Positions 18,972 through 31,414 of a DNA stretch of 64,000 bases are shown piece by piece. Origin of the DNA: Candidatus Bipolaricaulota bacterium (GTDB taxonomy: Bacteria > Bipolaricaulota > Bipolaricaulia > UBA7950 > UBA9294); the NCBI GenBank assembly GCA_030603215.1, contig JAUVYF010000001.1:9257-73256 (forward strand), given 5' to 3'. The translations under genes and the position numbers were made by a program. The notes under the pieces are model-generated. The model was not told the DNA's origin, did no database searches, and was given only the letters and a program-made list of their open reading frames with translations. The stretch's first letter is position 1. Each line of letters opens with the position of its first letter.

Positions 18972-20021
18972 CTAGGCCTTCCCCAGTTTCGCTGCGAGTG
19001 CCGCAAGCTCTTCATCGACGATGCACCCTTCATTGAGCATCTGTTTTCCGTCCAGCCAGGCGGACGTATTGAGACAGACGCCGTCCGTGTGAGACGCCGC
19101 TGGTACCCCAACGGGCGCAATCACGCAAGACCCGATATTGCCGAGACCCCACTCGGTTGCGCCCCAAACGCGCTCGTCTTCTACGACGTTCCCCGTCAGC
19201 TTAGCACCGGGATGAAAGCCCCAACACACATGTGCGATGTGGAACATCCGCGGGTCGTCAAAACTCGCGAGCCAGCTGTCAAATTCTCTGGCTTGAGTCC
19301 CTCCTTCGATCCTAACCACTTTTCCTTTTTCGACAGTGAGTCGAACCGGCTCCTCCAGCTTACCGCATGGGGGATTGATTGACCCGTCAAAGACGATGAT
19401 TCCGTTGATCGATTCCAAGACGGGCGGCCAACCGACTTGACCACCAAGCATGAACACGCCAGGCTTGTCCGCATAGCCGGCATCCCAGCCGAGCAGGTAA
19501 TTGGGATCAGAGGATATGTCGAATTCCACGTCGGTTCCCGCAGGAGTGGTCCAATGTATGTGCTTGGCGGCCTTGGTCAGTTCGTAGACCTTCTTCAGGA
19601 ACTCAGTCAGTGCCGGATAATCCACACGGCCGATCAAGCGTACCATCATGTCCACATCCATGCCCACGAGGTTCAGATACCGAAGCTTCGTATTCTCCTT
19701 CACGACGCGCTCGTAGGGCGTCGAATACAGCAGCCACTGGTTGTTGAACTCGACCCACGCGTCGGCCCCGATCAGTGCTCCGGTCAGGGATTCGATCGGC
19801 AGCATCGGGTCGGCCGCCATTCCAACACCCAAAGGGGATGCGAGCCAGATCACCATTGGCTTTGCATCCGCCGCGAAAGCAGCTCGGGCCGTCGCATCTA
19901 CCACGCGCGGGTCGCTCTCTGTATCCGCCGTGATAACGAACGTCTCTCCCTGCTTGAGCTTGAATAGCTCTCTCGTAAGTACATCAGCTGCTTTTCCCAA
20001 TTCATACTCGTAAAGTTTCAT
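18972..20021 (-). CDS. M29-family (aminopeptidase T/AmpS-like; NicX-like superfamily) metalloenzyme; start at the ATG at 20021, which follows a GAGGAGG ribosome-binding site
   Basis: The sequence MKLYEYELGKAADVLTREL...HIHWTTPAGTDVEFD...ASHTDGVCL resembles thermophilic metalloprotease M29-family proteins. An upstream in-frame Met at 20120 is less likely, because 20021 is preceded by ccagaGGAGGagccaacATG. Confidence 0.5.
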   Translation of the reverse strand: MKLYEYELGKAADVLTRELFKLKQGETFVITADTESDPRVVDATARAAFAADAKPMVIWLASPLGVGMAADPMLPIESLTGALIGADAWVEFNNQWLLYSTPYERVVKENTKLRYLNLVGMDVDMMVRLIGRVDYPALTEFLKKVYELTKAAKHIHWTTPAGTDVEFDISSDPNYLLGWDAGYADKPGVFMLGGQVGWPPVLESINGIIVFDGSINPPCGKLEEPVRLTVEKGKVVRIEGGTQAREFDSWLASFDDPRMFHIAHVCWGFHPGAKLTGNVVEDERVWGATEWGLGNIGSCVIAPVGVPAASHTDGVCLNTSAWLDGKQMLNEGCIVDEELAALAAKLGKA

Positions 20022-20157
20022 GTTGGCTCCTCCTCTGGAACCCGGGTAATCAGGTTCAAAAAAACATCCAGCACAGTTTACTCCTAACATCATAGTCGCC
20101 TTAGCCCTAGTTGACAACATGCTTGATAGGCTCTATTGTTTGTTATAAAGGGGTGAG

Positions 20158-20835
20158 ATGCAAAAGTGGCTGCTAGTCTTGATCATCATCGGATTGATTC
20201 CGATCGTACTGTTTGGAAGAGGTTGGCTAATGCAAAGCAAAGCTGAATTGATTCTTCTTTCTGATGCAGAGCAATTACAGCTTCTCCAGTTTGCTCGTCG
20301 GCATCTGGGGGATGTACTGGCTGGAAAATCGGGGATCGTAGTCAACATAGACAGCCTCTCTGTAAACCTGAAAAAACAAGCAGCGTGTTTTCTTACCCTA
20401 ACAAAGGATGGGGCCTTGCGGGGCTGCATCATTGATGACTTTCGCCCACATGAGCCACTGTACAAGAACGTTTTACGGAACGTTGTACTCGCGGCAACAG
20501 CTGATCAGCGGTTCTCGCCAGTGAGAGTTGATGAGCTCGACAAGATCACAATTGAGATCAGTGTTCTCGACATACCCAGACCACTTGCGTTTGACGACCC
20601 AGAGGAATTGCCTGAGAGACTCAATCCAGGAAAGGATGGAGTGATTCTCACTACTGCGACAGGGACATCAACGTACCTTCCTCATGTATGGGAGCAATTT
20701 CCAGATCCGGTGGCATTTCTCTCTTCCCTGTGTGAGAAACAAGGAGCTTGCACTGATTGTTGGCAGACTAGCCCACTTCCACGGGTTGAAATCTATCATG
20801 TATTTCACTTTGGGGAAGGTGACATTTCCCTGTGA
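20158..20835 (+). CDS. AMMECR1-domain protein with an N-terminal transmembrane helix
   Basis: A 225-aa protein. The segment ...QAACFLTLTKDGALRGCIIDDFRPHEPLYKNVLRNVVLAATADQRFSPV... matches the AMMECR1 core (CFVTL...G.LRGCIG). The N-terminal MQKWLLVLIIIGLIPIVLF is hydrophobic. Confidence 0.8.
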   Translation: MQKWLLVLIIIGLIPIVLFGRGWLMQSKAELILLSDAEQLQLLQFARRHLGDVLAGKSGIVVNIDSLSVNLKKQAACFLTLTKDGALRGCIIDDFRPHEPLYKNVLRNVVLAATADQRFSPVRVDELDKITIEISVLDIPRPLAFDDPEELPERLNPGKDGVILTTATGTSTYLPHVWEQFPDPVAFLSSLCEKQGACTDCWQTSPLPRVEIYHVFHFGEGDISL

Positions 20836-20917
20836 TGCGCTTGCCAAAATGGCCTGCTAGTAAGCTAGCAGAGCGAAAGGTGTATCGGAAAAAGAACGAA
20901 TTTAGCACTGACCTATT

Positions 20918-21424
20918 ATGACCATGAAAGAACGATTGTACGCAAGCATGATTTGTTGGGAGGGATGGCAGTTTGTTGCTGTTTCTTCGCGAAAAGGCGC
21001 GTGTTACATTGATCTTTGCGGAACCCCTCTCACAGAGCTGAGCCGGAAGTTGCACAGCACGGTTGTCCCCGATGATTATCACAATTTATCCATTCTACAG
21101 GAACTTCGTGAGTATCTAGCCGGGCAAAGAAGAACTTTTAGGTCTCCGTTCTACACGCAAGGGACCCCATTTCAGCGATCAGTATGGGATGCAGTATTAG
21201 AGATTCCTTACGGAGAAACCTGCTCTTATGGCGACATTGCCGCGGCAGTCGGAAGACCACTTGCGGCTCGTGCGGTAGGAGGAGCAGTAAGCGCAAATCC
21301 ACTTCCTATTATTATCCCTTGCCACAGGGTCATCGGAAGAAATGGTAAGCTCGTTGGGTTTGGTGGTGGGCTCGCGCTAAAAGAGCGGCTACTCGCTTTG
21401 GAGCAGGGCAGCCTTGATCTCTAG
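20918..21424 (+). CDS. ogt: methylated-DNA--protein-cysteine methyltransferase (Ogt/MGMT)
   Basis: The active-site motif IPCHRVIGRNGKLVGFGGGL and the upstream ...FQRSVWDAVLEIPYGETCSYGDIA... are present. Confidence 0.9.
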   Translation: MTMKERLYASMICWEGWQFVAVSSRKGACYIDLCGTPLTELSRKLHSTVVPDDYHNLSILQELREYLAGQRRTFRSPFYTQGTPFQRSVWDAVLEIPYGETCSYGDIAAAVGRPLAARAVGGAVSANPLPIIIPCHRVIGRNGKLVGFGGGLALKERLLALEQGSLDL

Positions 21425-21529
21425 CTTGAGGCAGCCTAGCCATGTATATCTGATTATGAAGTTGTAGCTGCCGCGCATTGCCACACTCTGGATCACGAGT
21501 TACTCGGATAACAAGTGACAAAAAAGAAA

Positions 21530-21648
21530 CCAGGCGATGACCTACTCTCCCAGCCCCTCGCAAGGCTAGTACCATTGGCGCTAGAGGACTTAACTTCCGT
21601 GTTCGGTATGGTAACGGGTGTGGCCCCTCTGCTATATATCACCTGGAA
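21530..21648 (-). rRNA. rrf: 5S ribosomal RNA
   Basis: The reverse complement reads ccaggtgatatatagcagaggggccacacccgttaccataccgaacacggaagttaagtcctctagcgccaatggtactagccttgcgaggggctgggagagtaggtcatcgcctgg, which carries the canonical 5S loop sequences (CCGAACACGGAAGTTAAG). Ends are approximate. Confidence 0.85.
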
Positions 21649-21687
21649 TCATAACATTCCTTGAAAAGTAAACAGGGTGTGTGTCAC

Positions 21688-24795
<3,108 letters not shown>

Positions 24796-24988
24796 TATTC
24801 ACTTTTCAAGGATCACGCACAGAAATAGACACACACCTACACACTAATACCTTAGTGTATTGTGTGTCAACTCATTCTGCCCGACTTGCAGAGAAAACTT
24901 TACTCAAAAGATCTTGCTTTGTCAAGTCAACATTCATCTATGAGGTGAAAAAATCATGGGGTTGAGTGATTGGACCCAGTGAAGGCCT

Positions 24989-25348
24989 CTACGTAAGGAC
25001 TTCTTTTCTGGCTAACAGGTTGTCTTTGTCGATAATTCGATCTTTCCATAAGGACTCAATATCATAGAAAGCACGCGCTTCCTTTAAGAGAACATGAATT
25101 ACGACTTGCCCATAATCCAGAATGACCCATCGACGCTCGCGCAAGCCTTCACGGTGCAGTAATTTGGCGGGTAGATTTTCACTGAGGTTAGAGATTATTG
25201 CCTTTACGTGAGCTGGATTGTCGGCTTCTGTAATGAGAAAATAGCTAGTGGGAATAGATTCCTCTTGCAGGTCAATTATGACTGTTTCTTCACCTTTTTT
25301 CTCATCGATCAATGTGGTTGCGGCACGCAGGAGGTCGGTCTCATCCAT
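24989..25348 (-). CDS. rsfS: ribosomal silencing factor RsfS (Iojap family)
   Basis: MDETDLLRAATTLIDEKKGEETVIIDLQEESIPTSYFLITEADNPAHVKAIISNLSENL...WVILDYGQVVIHVLLKEARAFYDIESLW is the classic RsfS/DUF143 sequence. The upstream in-frame extension to 25441 is unlikely. Confidence 0.85.
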   Translation of the reverse strand: MDETDLLRAATTLIDEKKGEETVIIDLQEESIPTSYFLITEADNPAHVKAIISNLSENLPAKLLHREGLRERRWVILDYGQVVIHVLLKEARAFYDIESLWKDRIIDKDNLLARKEVLT

Positions 25349-26540
25349 TGTCAACCTTGAAACCAGCACCGGTAACCAGAATGAGATTGGTTCCCGCAGG
25401 GACAAGAGGTTTGAGCGCAGAATAGTGGGGTTCAAACTCATCAGGGAAGACGATAGTCGATGCCTCTGAAAGCGCCCTTTCGAGGATTTGTGCCGCCTCT
25501 TTGCCGGTTAGGGCAACAATATAGGTTTGATCGTAGTCAAAGGTCTCCGCGTTGGCGACCTTGCTAATTCTGAACGCGCGCTCATGTAGATAGGTAGCTG
25601 TATTACTTGCTACCAACGGCTGTCCACTTCCATTGAATACAGCTACACTAATCTGATCGGGAGTAAGTATGTTGATCCCCTTGATCAACCGGGCGACAAG
25701 CTGCTCCATCTCTATTACTTGAGGCTCAAGGTAGCTGATTTCATCAATTGATACAGGTACTCCTGGAACCGTGGCCATCTGTAGGCGCGTGCTATCCAGT
25801 CCTTGCAGAAGTTTAGCCAAATCGTATAGGTCAATGAGAGAAAGATTAGTACGTAAGTAAGGATAGATAGCTCTAACGATATCTCTGATTGATCCGATAT
25901 TTTGGTTTTGTAATCCTTTCCCCAGTATGGCACCGATCAACTTTTGTTGACGCGTGATCCTGCCTATATCGCCGGAACTACCTCCTCGATAACGAATGTA
26001 ATCAAGGGCAGTCTTCCCATCAAGTCTCTGTGCGCCTGCTTGGATATCAATGTGCAAGGGCGGATCAGCGCGGTAGTCATCATATTTCATTGGCTCCTCT
26101 ACTATGATATCTACTCCGCCGAAGTGATCTATTAATTGTTCGAATCCCACATAGTCGAGCGTGAGATAGAATGGAACGCTAACCCCAAGCAGGCTGGAAA
26201 CTGTCTCACAGGCAAGATCTGGTCCGCCGATTGCATAGCTTGCGTTAAGTTTATGAAACTCTCCGTTATCGAATTTGACCCGCAAATCCCGAGGGAGCGA
26301 GAGCAAGGCAATGTCCTCCCCCGGAACCAGACTTACGAGCATCATGGTATCGCTTCGGTTACTATCCCCAGCATTGTCCAAGCCCAAGAACAGAATGTTC
26401 GTGTGTTCCCCTTGACTGATCAGACGCCCTACATTACGTTGTGTCAAAAAGTAGTATGAAACAAACGCGGCGATGATCACAACAGCAACACAGCCAAGAA
26501 CAGCGATACGCTTACGGATGATTTTTTCCCTCATCTTCAT
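25341..26540 (-). CDS. LytR-CpsA-Psr (LCP) family cell-envelope phosphotransferase
   Basis: A 399-aa protein with an N-terminal transmembrane helix and an LCP core (NILFLGLDNAGDSNRSDTMMLVSL...LLSLPRDLRV...NASYAIGGP). Confidence 0.85.
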   Translation of the reverse strand: MKMREKIIRKRIAVLGCVAVVIIAAFVSYYFLTQRNVGRLISQGEHTNILFLGLDNAGDSNRSDTMMLVSLVPGEDIALLSLPRDLRVKFDNGEFHKLNASYAIGGPDLACETVSSLLGVSVPFYLTLDYVGFEQLIDHFGGVDIIVEEPMKYDDYRADPPLHIDIQAGAQRLDGKTALDYIRYRGGSSGDIGRITRQQKLIGAILGKGLQNQNIGSIRDIVRAIYPYLRTNLSLIDLYDLAKLLQGLDSTRLQMATVPGVPVSIDEISYLEPQVIEMEQLVARLIKGINILTPDQISVAVFNGSGQPLVASNTATYLHERAFRISKVANAETFDYDQTYIVALTGKEAAQILERALSEASTIVFPDEFEPHYSALKPLVPAGTNLILVTGAGFKVDNG

Positions 26541-26776
26541 CTTATGACGCTATCACAAGGAGTAACGAATGTCAACTGCACACTTGACCTTGTAGAGATA
26601 TCTCGACTTGTTCCCTAACAACGGATATCCTTGTCCTGCAAGGAAAGTGCGATGGATTCTTGTGCAAAACTCATCAAAGACCACCAAGGGTCTGTGTCAG
26701 CAATAGTACCGTGACCGGATGCCATTTGTAGCGGTAGAAGCTCCACTTATCACTGGCATAGTGACGGAATGAGATT

Positions 26777-28126
26777 ATGGCAGAGGGGAAGCGATCGGCG
26801 CGCAAAGAGATTACTAGCATGATCAAACGCAATTACCGTCCACGTGTACGCATTATTACCTTTGGCTGTCGAGTCAATCAGTATGAAAGCGAAGTAATGA
26901 GATCGTTGCTGGCGCCTCGTTTTGATATTGTGGACGACAAGGCAGATCTTCTCTTGCTAAATGCGTGTACGGTAACCTCTCTTGCTGAACGCAAGACTCG
27001 CCAAGCAATGCGGAAACTGCGACGCAAGTATCCACTGGCGAAGATTGTAGTAATTGGCTGCCTTGCCGATTCCGTATCTCAAGGACTGACACAGATCGAA
27101 GGAGTCGATCTTCTGGCTGGAAATGCCTGGAAGATGAGAATTTGCGATGTTGTGAGTCGTGCTCTTGGAAGCCAGCAGGGGTTACTCCCAACAGTTGAGC
27201 TGTTCCCGCTAGCGGAAGAGCATATTGAGGAACATGTTGGTCGCGTACGTGCTTTTCTCAAGATTCAGGATGGATGCGACCTGGCATGCACGTATTGTCG
27301 CACTACGCAAGTTCGAGGTCGCTCACGCAGCAAGCCAGTTGTTTCCGCACTTTGTGAGGCCCGCGAGCTTGTTGCGCGTGGCTATTCAGAAATTGTCATT
27401 GCTGGGATTAACTTAGCCCAGTATGCGCCACCTGATGGTAACCTAGAGTCGCTTGCCCGAGGTATGTTGACAATAGACGGGCTGCGCCGTTTTCGTCTTT
27501 CCTCGATTAACCCAGCTGGAATTAGCGCAGAGCTAGTGGATGTATTGGCCAGTGATTCTCGCGCTTGTCAACACTTTCATCTTCCACTTCAGAGCGGAGA
27601 CGATGTTGTTCTGCGGCGCATGGCGCGTGGATATACCTCTGCTTTTTATCTTTCTCGTGTGAGTATGATTCGCAATGTTTTTCCTGATGCAACATTCGGG
27701 ACTGACATAATGGTGGGCTTTCCAGGGGAAACCAAGTCTGCTTTCCTGCAAACCTGTTTGTTGATTAAGGAGGTAAGATTTGCGAACCTTCACATCTTTC
27801 GCTACTCTCCTAGATATGGAACAATAGCGGCCGATTTTTTGAACCCTGTTATGGAACAAACGAAAACCGAACGCGCACATAGCATTGCGTGTCTTGGAGA
27901 AGCAATTCGATCGATAGAAGCGGAACGGTTGTTGGGAAAGTGTAAGAAGGTGCTGATCGAAAACAAGAGTGACGGGGAATGGCGGGGATACACGCGGGAT
28001 TATTTTGACACTCATCTACTAGGTGAGCCAAGCGTTGCCCCTGGCGATGAAGTAGACGTTCGGATTGTGAAAGTGAGCAACGATTACTTGGTGGGGGTGA
28101 AGGGAAATAGAACAGACAACCGTTGA
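26777..28126 (+). CDS. MiaB/RimO-family radical SAM methylthiotransferase (MtaB-like)
   Basis: An MTTase N-terminal domain (RVRIITFGCRVNQYESE), a radical SAM CxxxCxxC motif (GCDLACTYCRTTQVRG) and a C-terminal TRAM-like region. The start may be the internal Met at 26819. Confidence 0.8.
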   Translation: MAEGKRSARKEITSMIKRNYRPRVRIITFGCRVNQYESEVMRSLLAPRFDIVDDKADLLLLNACTVTSLAERKTRQAMRKLRRKYPLAKIVVIGCLADSVSQGLTQIEGVDLLAGNAWKMRICDVVSRALGSQQGLLPTVELFPLAEEHIEEHVGRVRAFLKIQDGCDLACTYCRTTQVRGRSRSKPVVSALCEARELVARGYSEIVIAGINLAQYAPPDGNLESLARGMLTIDGLRRFRLSSINPAGISAELVDVLASDSRACQHFHLPLQSGDDVVLRRMARGYTSAFYLSRVSMIRNVFPDATFGTDIMVGFPGETKSAFLQTCLLIKEVRFANLHIFRYSPRYGTIAADFLNPVMEQTKTERAHSIACLGEAIRSIEAERLLGKCKKVLIENKSDGEWRGYTRDYFDTHLLGEPSVAPGDEVDVRIVKVSNDYLVGVKGNRTDNR

Positions 28127-28133
28127 GATCACC

Positions 28134-29081
28134 TTGCGTGATAGTGTGGAACCGGCGGCTCTTCTTGGCAAGTTTAATTGCAACGTGAAGGAGATCGAGA
28201 AGTCATTCTCGGCAAGCATAATTGCCCGTGGGGAGATTATCCGTATTGAAGGAAGAAATGAGGAGGTTGAGCAAGTTCGTTCACTATTCAACAAACTTAT
28301 TGATGTTGTCAAGAGTGAGCACGTTCCCAGTTTGGATGAGCTGCGTTACTTGATCAGGCAAGTCAAAGAGGGAAGAAGCCTTGATGGTGTTCTTTCTGAT
28401 GTTGTACGAGTAACTCACTGGGGCGAGGAAATTCGCGCCAAGACAGCCGGCCAGCATTCCTATATTGAAGCCATGCGTAGCAAGGATATTGTCTTCTCCA
28501 TTGGGCCCGCAGGAACGGGAAAAACCTACCTCGCAGTTGCAATGGCAATTGATTGCCTAAAGACAGGAAAGGTAAAGCGCATCATTCTTACGCGGCCCGC
28601 GGTAGAGGCCGGTGAGGAGCTTGGGTTTCTTCCTGGTGACATTCGGGCTAAGGTTAACCCATACCTGCGTCCCTTGTATGACGCAATCTATGACATGATT
28701 CCAGCTGGAGAGTTTGAGAAGTTGGTTGAGCTGGGGAGAATTGAGATGGCACCGCTAGCGTTTATGCGTGGCCGTTCGCTTAACAACAGCTTCGTCATCC
28801 TTGATGAAGCGCAAAATACAACATCGATCCAAATGAAAATGTTCTTAACGCGCCTGGGGTTCCATTCCAAGGCTGTTGTCACCGGGGACATAACCCAGAT
28901 TGATATTGGGGAAGGAGCATCCGGTCTTGCCGCTGTGCAGGGAATCCTGAAAGGGATTGATGATATTTCGTTTGTTATCCTTGACAAGAGAGATGTTGTA
29001 CGCCATCCTCTTGTGGCACGAATCATAGAAGCTTATGAACAGAATGAAAACCAGCTTGCGGGGAAGAATTCTTGCCGTTAA
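28134..29081 (+). CDS. phoH: PhoH-family ATPase
   Basis: Walker A motif GPAGTGKTYLAVAMAI, then ...LTRPAVEAGEELGFLPGD... and ...FVILDEAQNTT... Confidence 0.9.
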   Translation: MRDSVEPAALLGKFNCNVKEIEKSFSASIIARGEIIRIEGRNEEVEQVRSLFNKLIDVVKSEHVPSLDELRYLIRQVKEGRSLDGVLSDVVRVTHWGEEIRAKTAGQHSYIEAMRSKDIVFSIGPAGTGKTYLAVAMAIDCLKTGKVKRIILTRPAVEAGEELGFLPGDIRAKVNPYLRPLYDAIYDMIPAGEFEKLVELGRIEMAPLAFMRGRSLNNSFVILDEAQNTTSIQMKMFLTRLGFHSKAVVTGDITQIDIGEGASGLAAVQGILKGIDDISFVILDKRDVVRHPLVARIIEAYEQNENQLAGKNSCR

Positions 29082-29124
29082 GCACACTTACCGGGAAACA
29101 GCTTATTAGGTTTGCGACAAGAGA

Positions 29125-30489
29125 CTAGTCGGCTGAATTGGGCTTGTCTTCGGCGTTGCGCCTCCTTCGTACAAAAGCAGGAATAGTGAGATCTGTATCT
29201 TCAGTGATTCGCTCACGGCGGAGCCTGCCTTTGCTCAGTTGTCCTTTCTGCGATATCTCTTGAAAGTCGGCAGCAATGACAGTTATCTGTATCTGGTTTC
29301 CAAGGTTTTCCCGTATGACCGCACCAAATACAAGGTCACACTCGACTGCTGCTATCTTGCGGATTACATCCGCAGCTTGTGTTACCTCTTGCAGTGTCAG
29401 ATCCTGCCCCCCAGTGACATTCATAATCATCTTTCTCGCTCCTCGGATTGAACCTCCCTCCAGGAGTGGATTTGTGCTTGCTAATTTGGCAGCAGCCATT
29501 GCTCGTTGGTCTCCACGTGCCTTCCCCATCCCCATCATTGCTGTGCCTGCATTGATGAGAACATTGCGAATGTCGGCGAAATCAAGGTTGACCAAGCCAC
29601 GAATAGTTATTAGATCGGATATTCCTTGTACCCCTCGAAAAAGGATCTGGTCAGCTAATTCGAACGCCTTTGTCATTGCTATTCCCTTGGCGGCAGTCTC
29701 AAGTAGGCGATCGTTGGAGATGGTGATCGATACATCTGTCGCTTCTGACAGCCGAGCTAATCCGTCCTTGGCCCGCTTTGCTCGCACAACCCCCTCAAAG
29801 GAAAAGGGTTTGGTTACAACACCGATAGTCAGTGCGTGGCTCTTTTTAGCGATCTCAGCAATTACCGGAGCAGCTCCCGTTCCAGTTCCTCCGCCAAGCC
29901 CGGCAGTAACAAACACAAGATCCATATCCTCTAATAAGTTTGCGATTTCCCAATGGGATTCTGTTGCCGCCTTTTGCCCCCGTGCTACATTGCCACCTGT
30001 TCCGCGTCCACCGGTGATGTCAAGACCAATTTGAAGGGTGTCATGAGCACGAGAAATCCCCAATATCTGCTTGTCGGTATCGACCGCGATCAGTTTTACC
30101 CCTTGAAGGTTCTCTTCATGCATTCTGTTGATGGCATTTATTCCACCGTCGCCAATCCCTAAGACTGCAATGTGTGCAGATATCCCTGCGTGGGGCTGTG
30201 TTTGACGAGCACTTTCAACAAGCGGCGGTTCGCCAATTACGACACACCGCGGCCCAATCACCTTGGCGACCGTTTCCTCTATCTTGGGAAGTTTGCGCAG
30301 GCAGTATTCCTTCTTGAACTCACTGTCTACTGCAATGGTAATTTGGTCCTTGTCAAGCGTGATACGCTCGGGACTCCTGGGGAGACATACTCGAAGGATG
30401 CGGTCGTCAATAGCTGCAAGCACCGCTCGCCAATTATCAGCTACCCTGCTCTCCGGGTGTAAGTTATCGGCTTGCTCTTTGTCTGGCAT
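29125..30489 (-). CDS. ftsZ: cell division GTPase FtsZ, with an apparent ~100-aa N-terminal extension; an alternative GTG start is possible
   Basis: Tubulin/FtsZ motifs GIGDGGINAIN and AGLGGGTGTGAAP are present, together with NDRLL, NLDFADI and the conserved C-terminal peptide DLTIPAFVRRRR. The listed ORF adds MPDKEQ...(~110 aa) upstream of the GTPase core. Confidence 0.85.
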   Translation of the reverse strand: MPDKEQADNLHPESRVADNWRAVLAAIDDRILRVCLPRSPERITLDKDQITIAVDSEFKKEYCLRKLPKIEETVAKVIGPRCVVIGEPPLVESARQTQPHAGISAHIAVLGIGDGGINAINRMHEENLQGVKLIAVDTDKQILGISRAHDTLQIGLDITGGRGTGGNVARGQKAATESHWEIANLLEDMDLVFVTAGLGGGTGTGAAPVIAEIAKKSHALTIGVVTKPFSFEGVVRAKRAKDGLARLSEATDVSITISNDRLLETAAKGIAMTKAFELADQILFRGVQGISDLITIRGLVNLDFADIRNVLINAGTAMMGMGKARGDQRAMAAAKLASTNPLLEGGSIRGARKMIMNVTGGQDLTLQEVTQAADVIRKIAAVECDLVFGAVIRENLGNQIQITVIAADFQEISQKGQLSKGRLRRERITEDTDLTIPAFVRRRRNAEDKPNSAD

Positions 30490-30704
30490 TTTTAGTCCTT
30501 AGACAATTCTCCGTTCACATAGGGAAAAAGTCAATAGCTTGAGTATGTGTAGTGGCTAGGGCGGGATAGGTTTTTCTCGACAGCACAGGTATCCCTTTGC
30601 AGGAATCAAGCCGCCCAAACCATGAAAGGAGTAAGAGACAGTCGGAAAACGGAGTAAGATGTATGAGATCGATTGGGAAGGTGAACAAGTTGGTGAGACA
30701 GTGT

Positions 30705-30893
30705 CTACTTTTCTTTCTTAGAAGCCGCAATGATCTCTATTCCATTGTAGTAGCCGCAGTGTGGACAGACACGGTGAGGAAGTTTTGGTTCATGACAGTG
30801 GGGGCACTCGCTCACTGTCAATGCGGACATTGCCTGATGTGAGCGGCGCATTCGTACCTTTGATCGTGACGTTCGATACTTGGGTACGGGCAT
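30705..30893 (-). CDS. rpmF: 50S ribosomal protein L32
   Basis: MPVPKYRTSRSKVRMRRSHQAMSALTVSECPHCHEPKLPHRVCPHCGYY carries the canonical L32 N-terminus and zinc-ribbon cysteines. Confidence 0.9.
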   Translation of the reverse strand: MPVPKYRTSRSKVRMRRSHQAMSALTVSECPHCHEPKLPHRVCPHCGYYNGIEIIAASKKEK

Positions 30894-30967
30894 CTGTTTT
30901 CTCCTTAAGACTTATCGGCGTTCCAGTTCGCGTAACAGTTTAACCGCGCTATTGTACAAGCGCAAGG

Positions 30968-31408
30968 TTAAGGGGTTTCAAGAAGAAGTGTTACTGGGCC
31001 TTCATTTACAAGCTTCACTGACATCCTAGCGCCAAATTTCCCCGTCTTTACGGGGATCCCCTCCGCAACAAGGGCTGAAACAAAGGCCAAGAAGAGAGGT
31101 TCTGCTTCAGTTGATTGGGCTGCTGTAGAGAAACTTGGACGACGCCCCTTTTGCGTATCTCCGTACAGAGTGAACTGGGATACAGCAAGGATCTCTCCGC
31201 CGACATCACGCAAAGAGAGATTCATTCTTCCTTGACCATCTTCGAAAACGCGGAGGCCTGCGACTTTCCTTGCCAGCCGGGAATAACCAACATCACTATC
31301 ATTCCTGCCAATGCCAATAAGCAAAAGAAATCCCTGGCCGATTGTAATGGGAGCCGCGCCATCAACACTAACTGAGGCTTGGCTGACCCGCTGCAACACA
31401 ACACGCAC
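30968..31408 (-). CDS. dtd: D-aminoacyl-tRNA (D-Tyr-tRNA) deacylase
   Basis: [15 protein letters not shown]...[21 protein letters not shown] carries the Dtd SQFTL signature. Confidence 0.9.
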   Translation of the reverse strand: MRVVLQRVSQASVSVDGAAPITIGQGFLLLIGIGRNDSDVGYSRLARKVAGLRVFEDGQGRMNLSLRDVGGEILAVSQFTLYGDTQKGRRPSFSTAAQSTEAEPLFLAFVSALVAEGIPVKTGKFGARMSVKLVNEGPVTLLLETP

Positions 31409-31414
31409 GATCCT

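Noticed and set aside
30515-30730. A 71-aa minus-strand ORF between ftsZ and rpmF.
   Set aside because: It overlaps the rpmF coding region in a different frame and has no motif or ribosome-binding site. It is likely spurious. The ~215-bp ftsZ upstream region more plausibly holds the ftsZ promoter.
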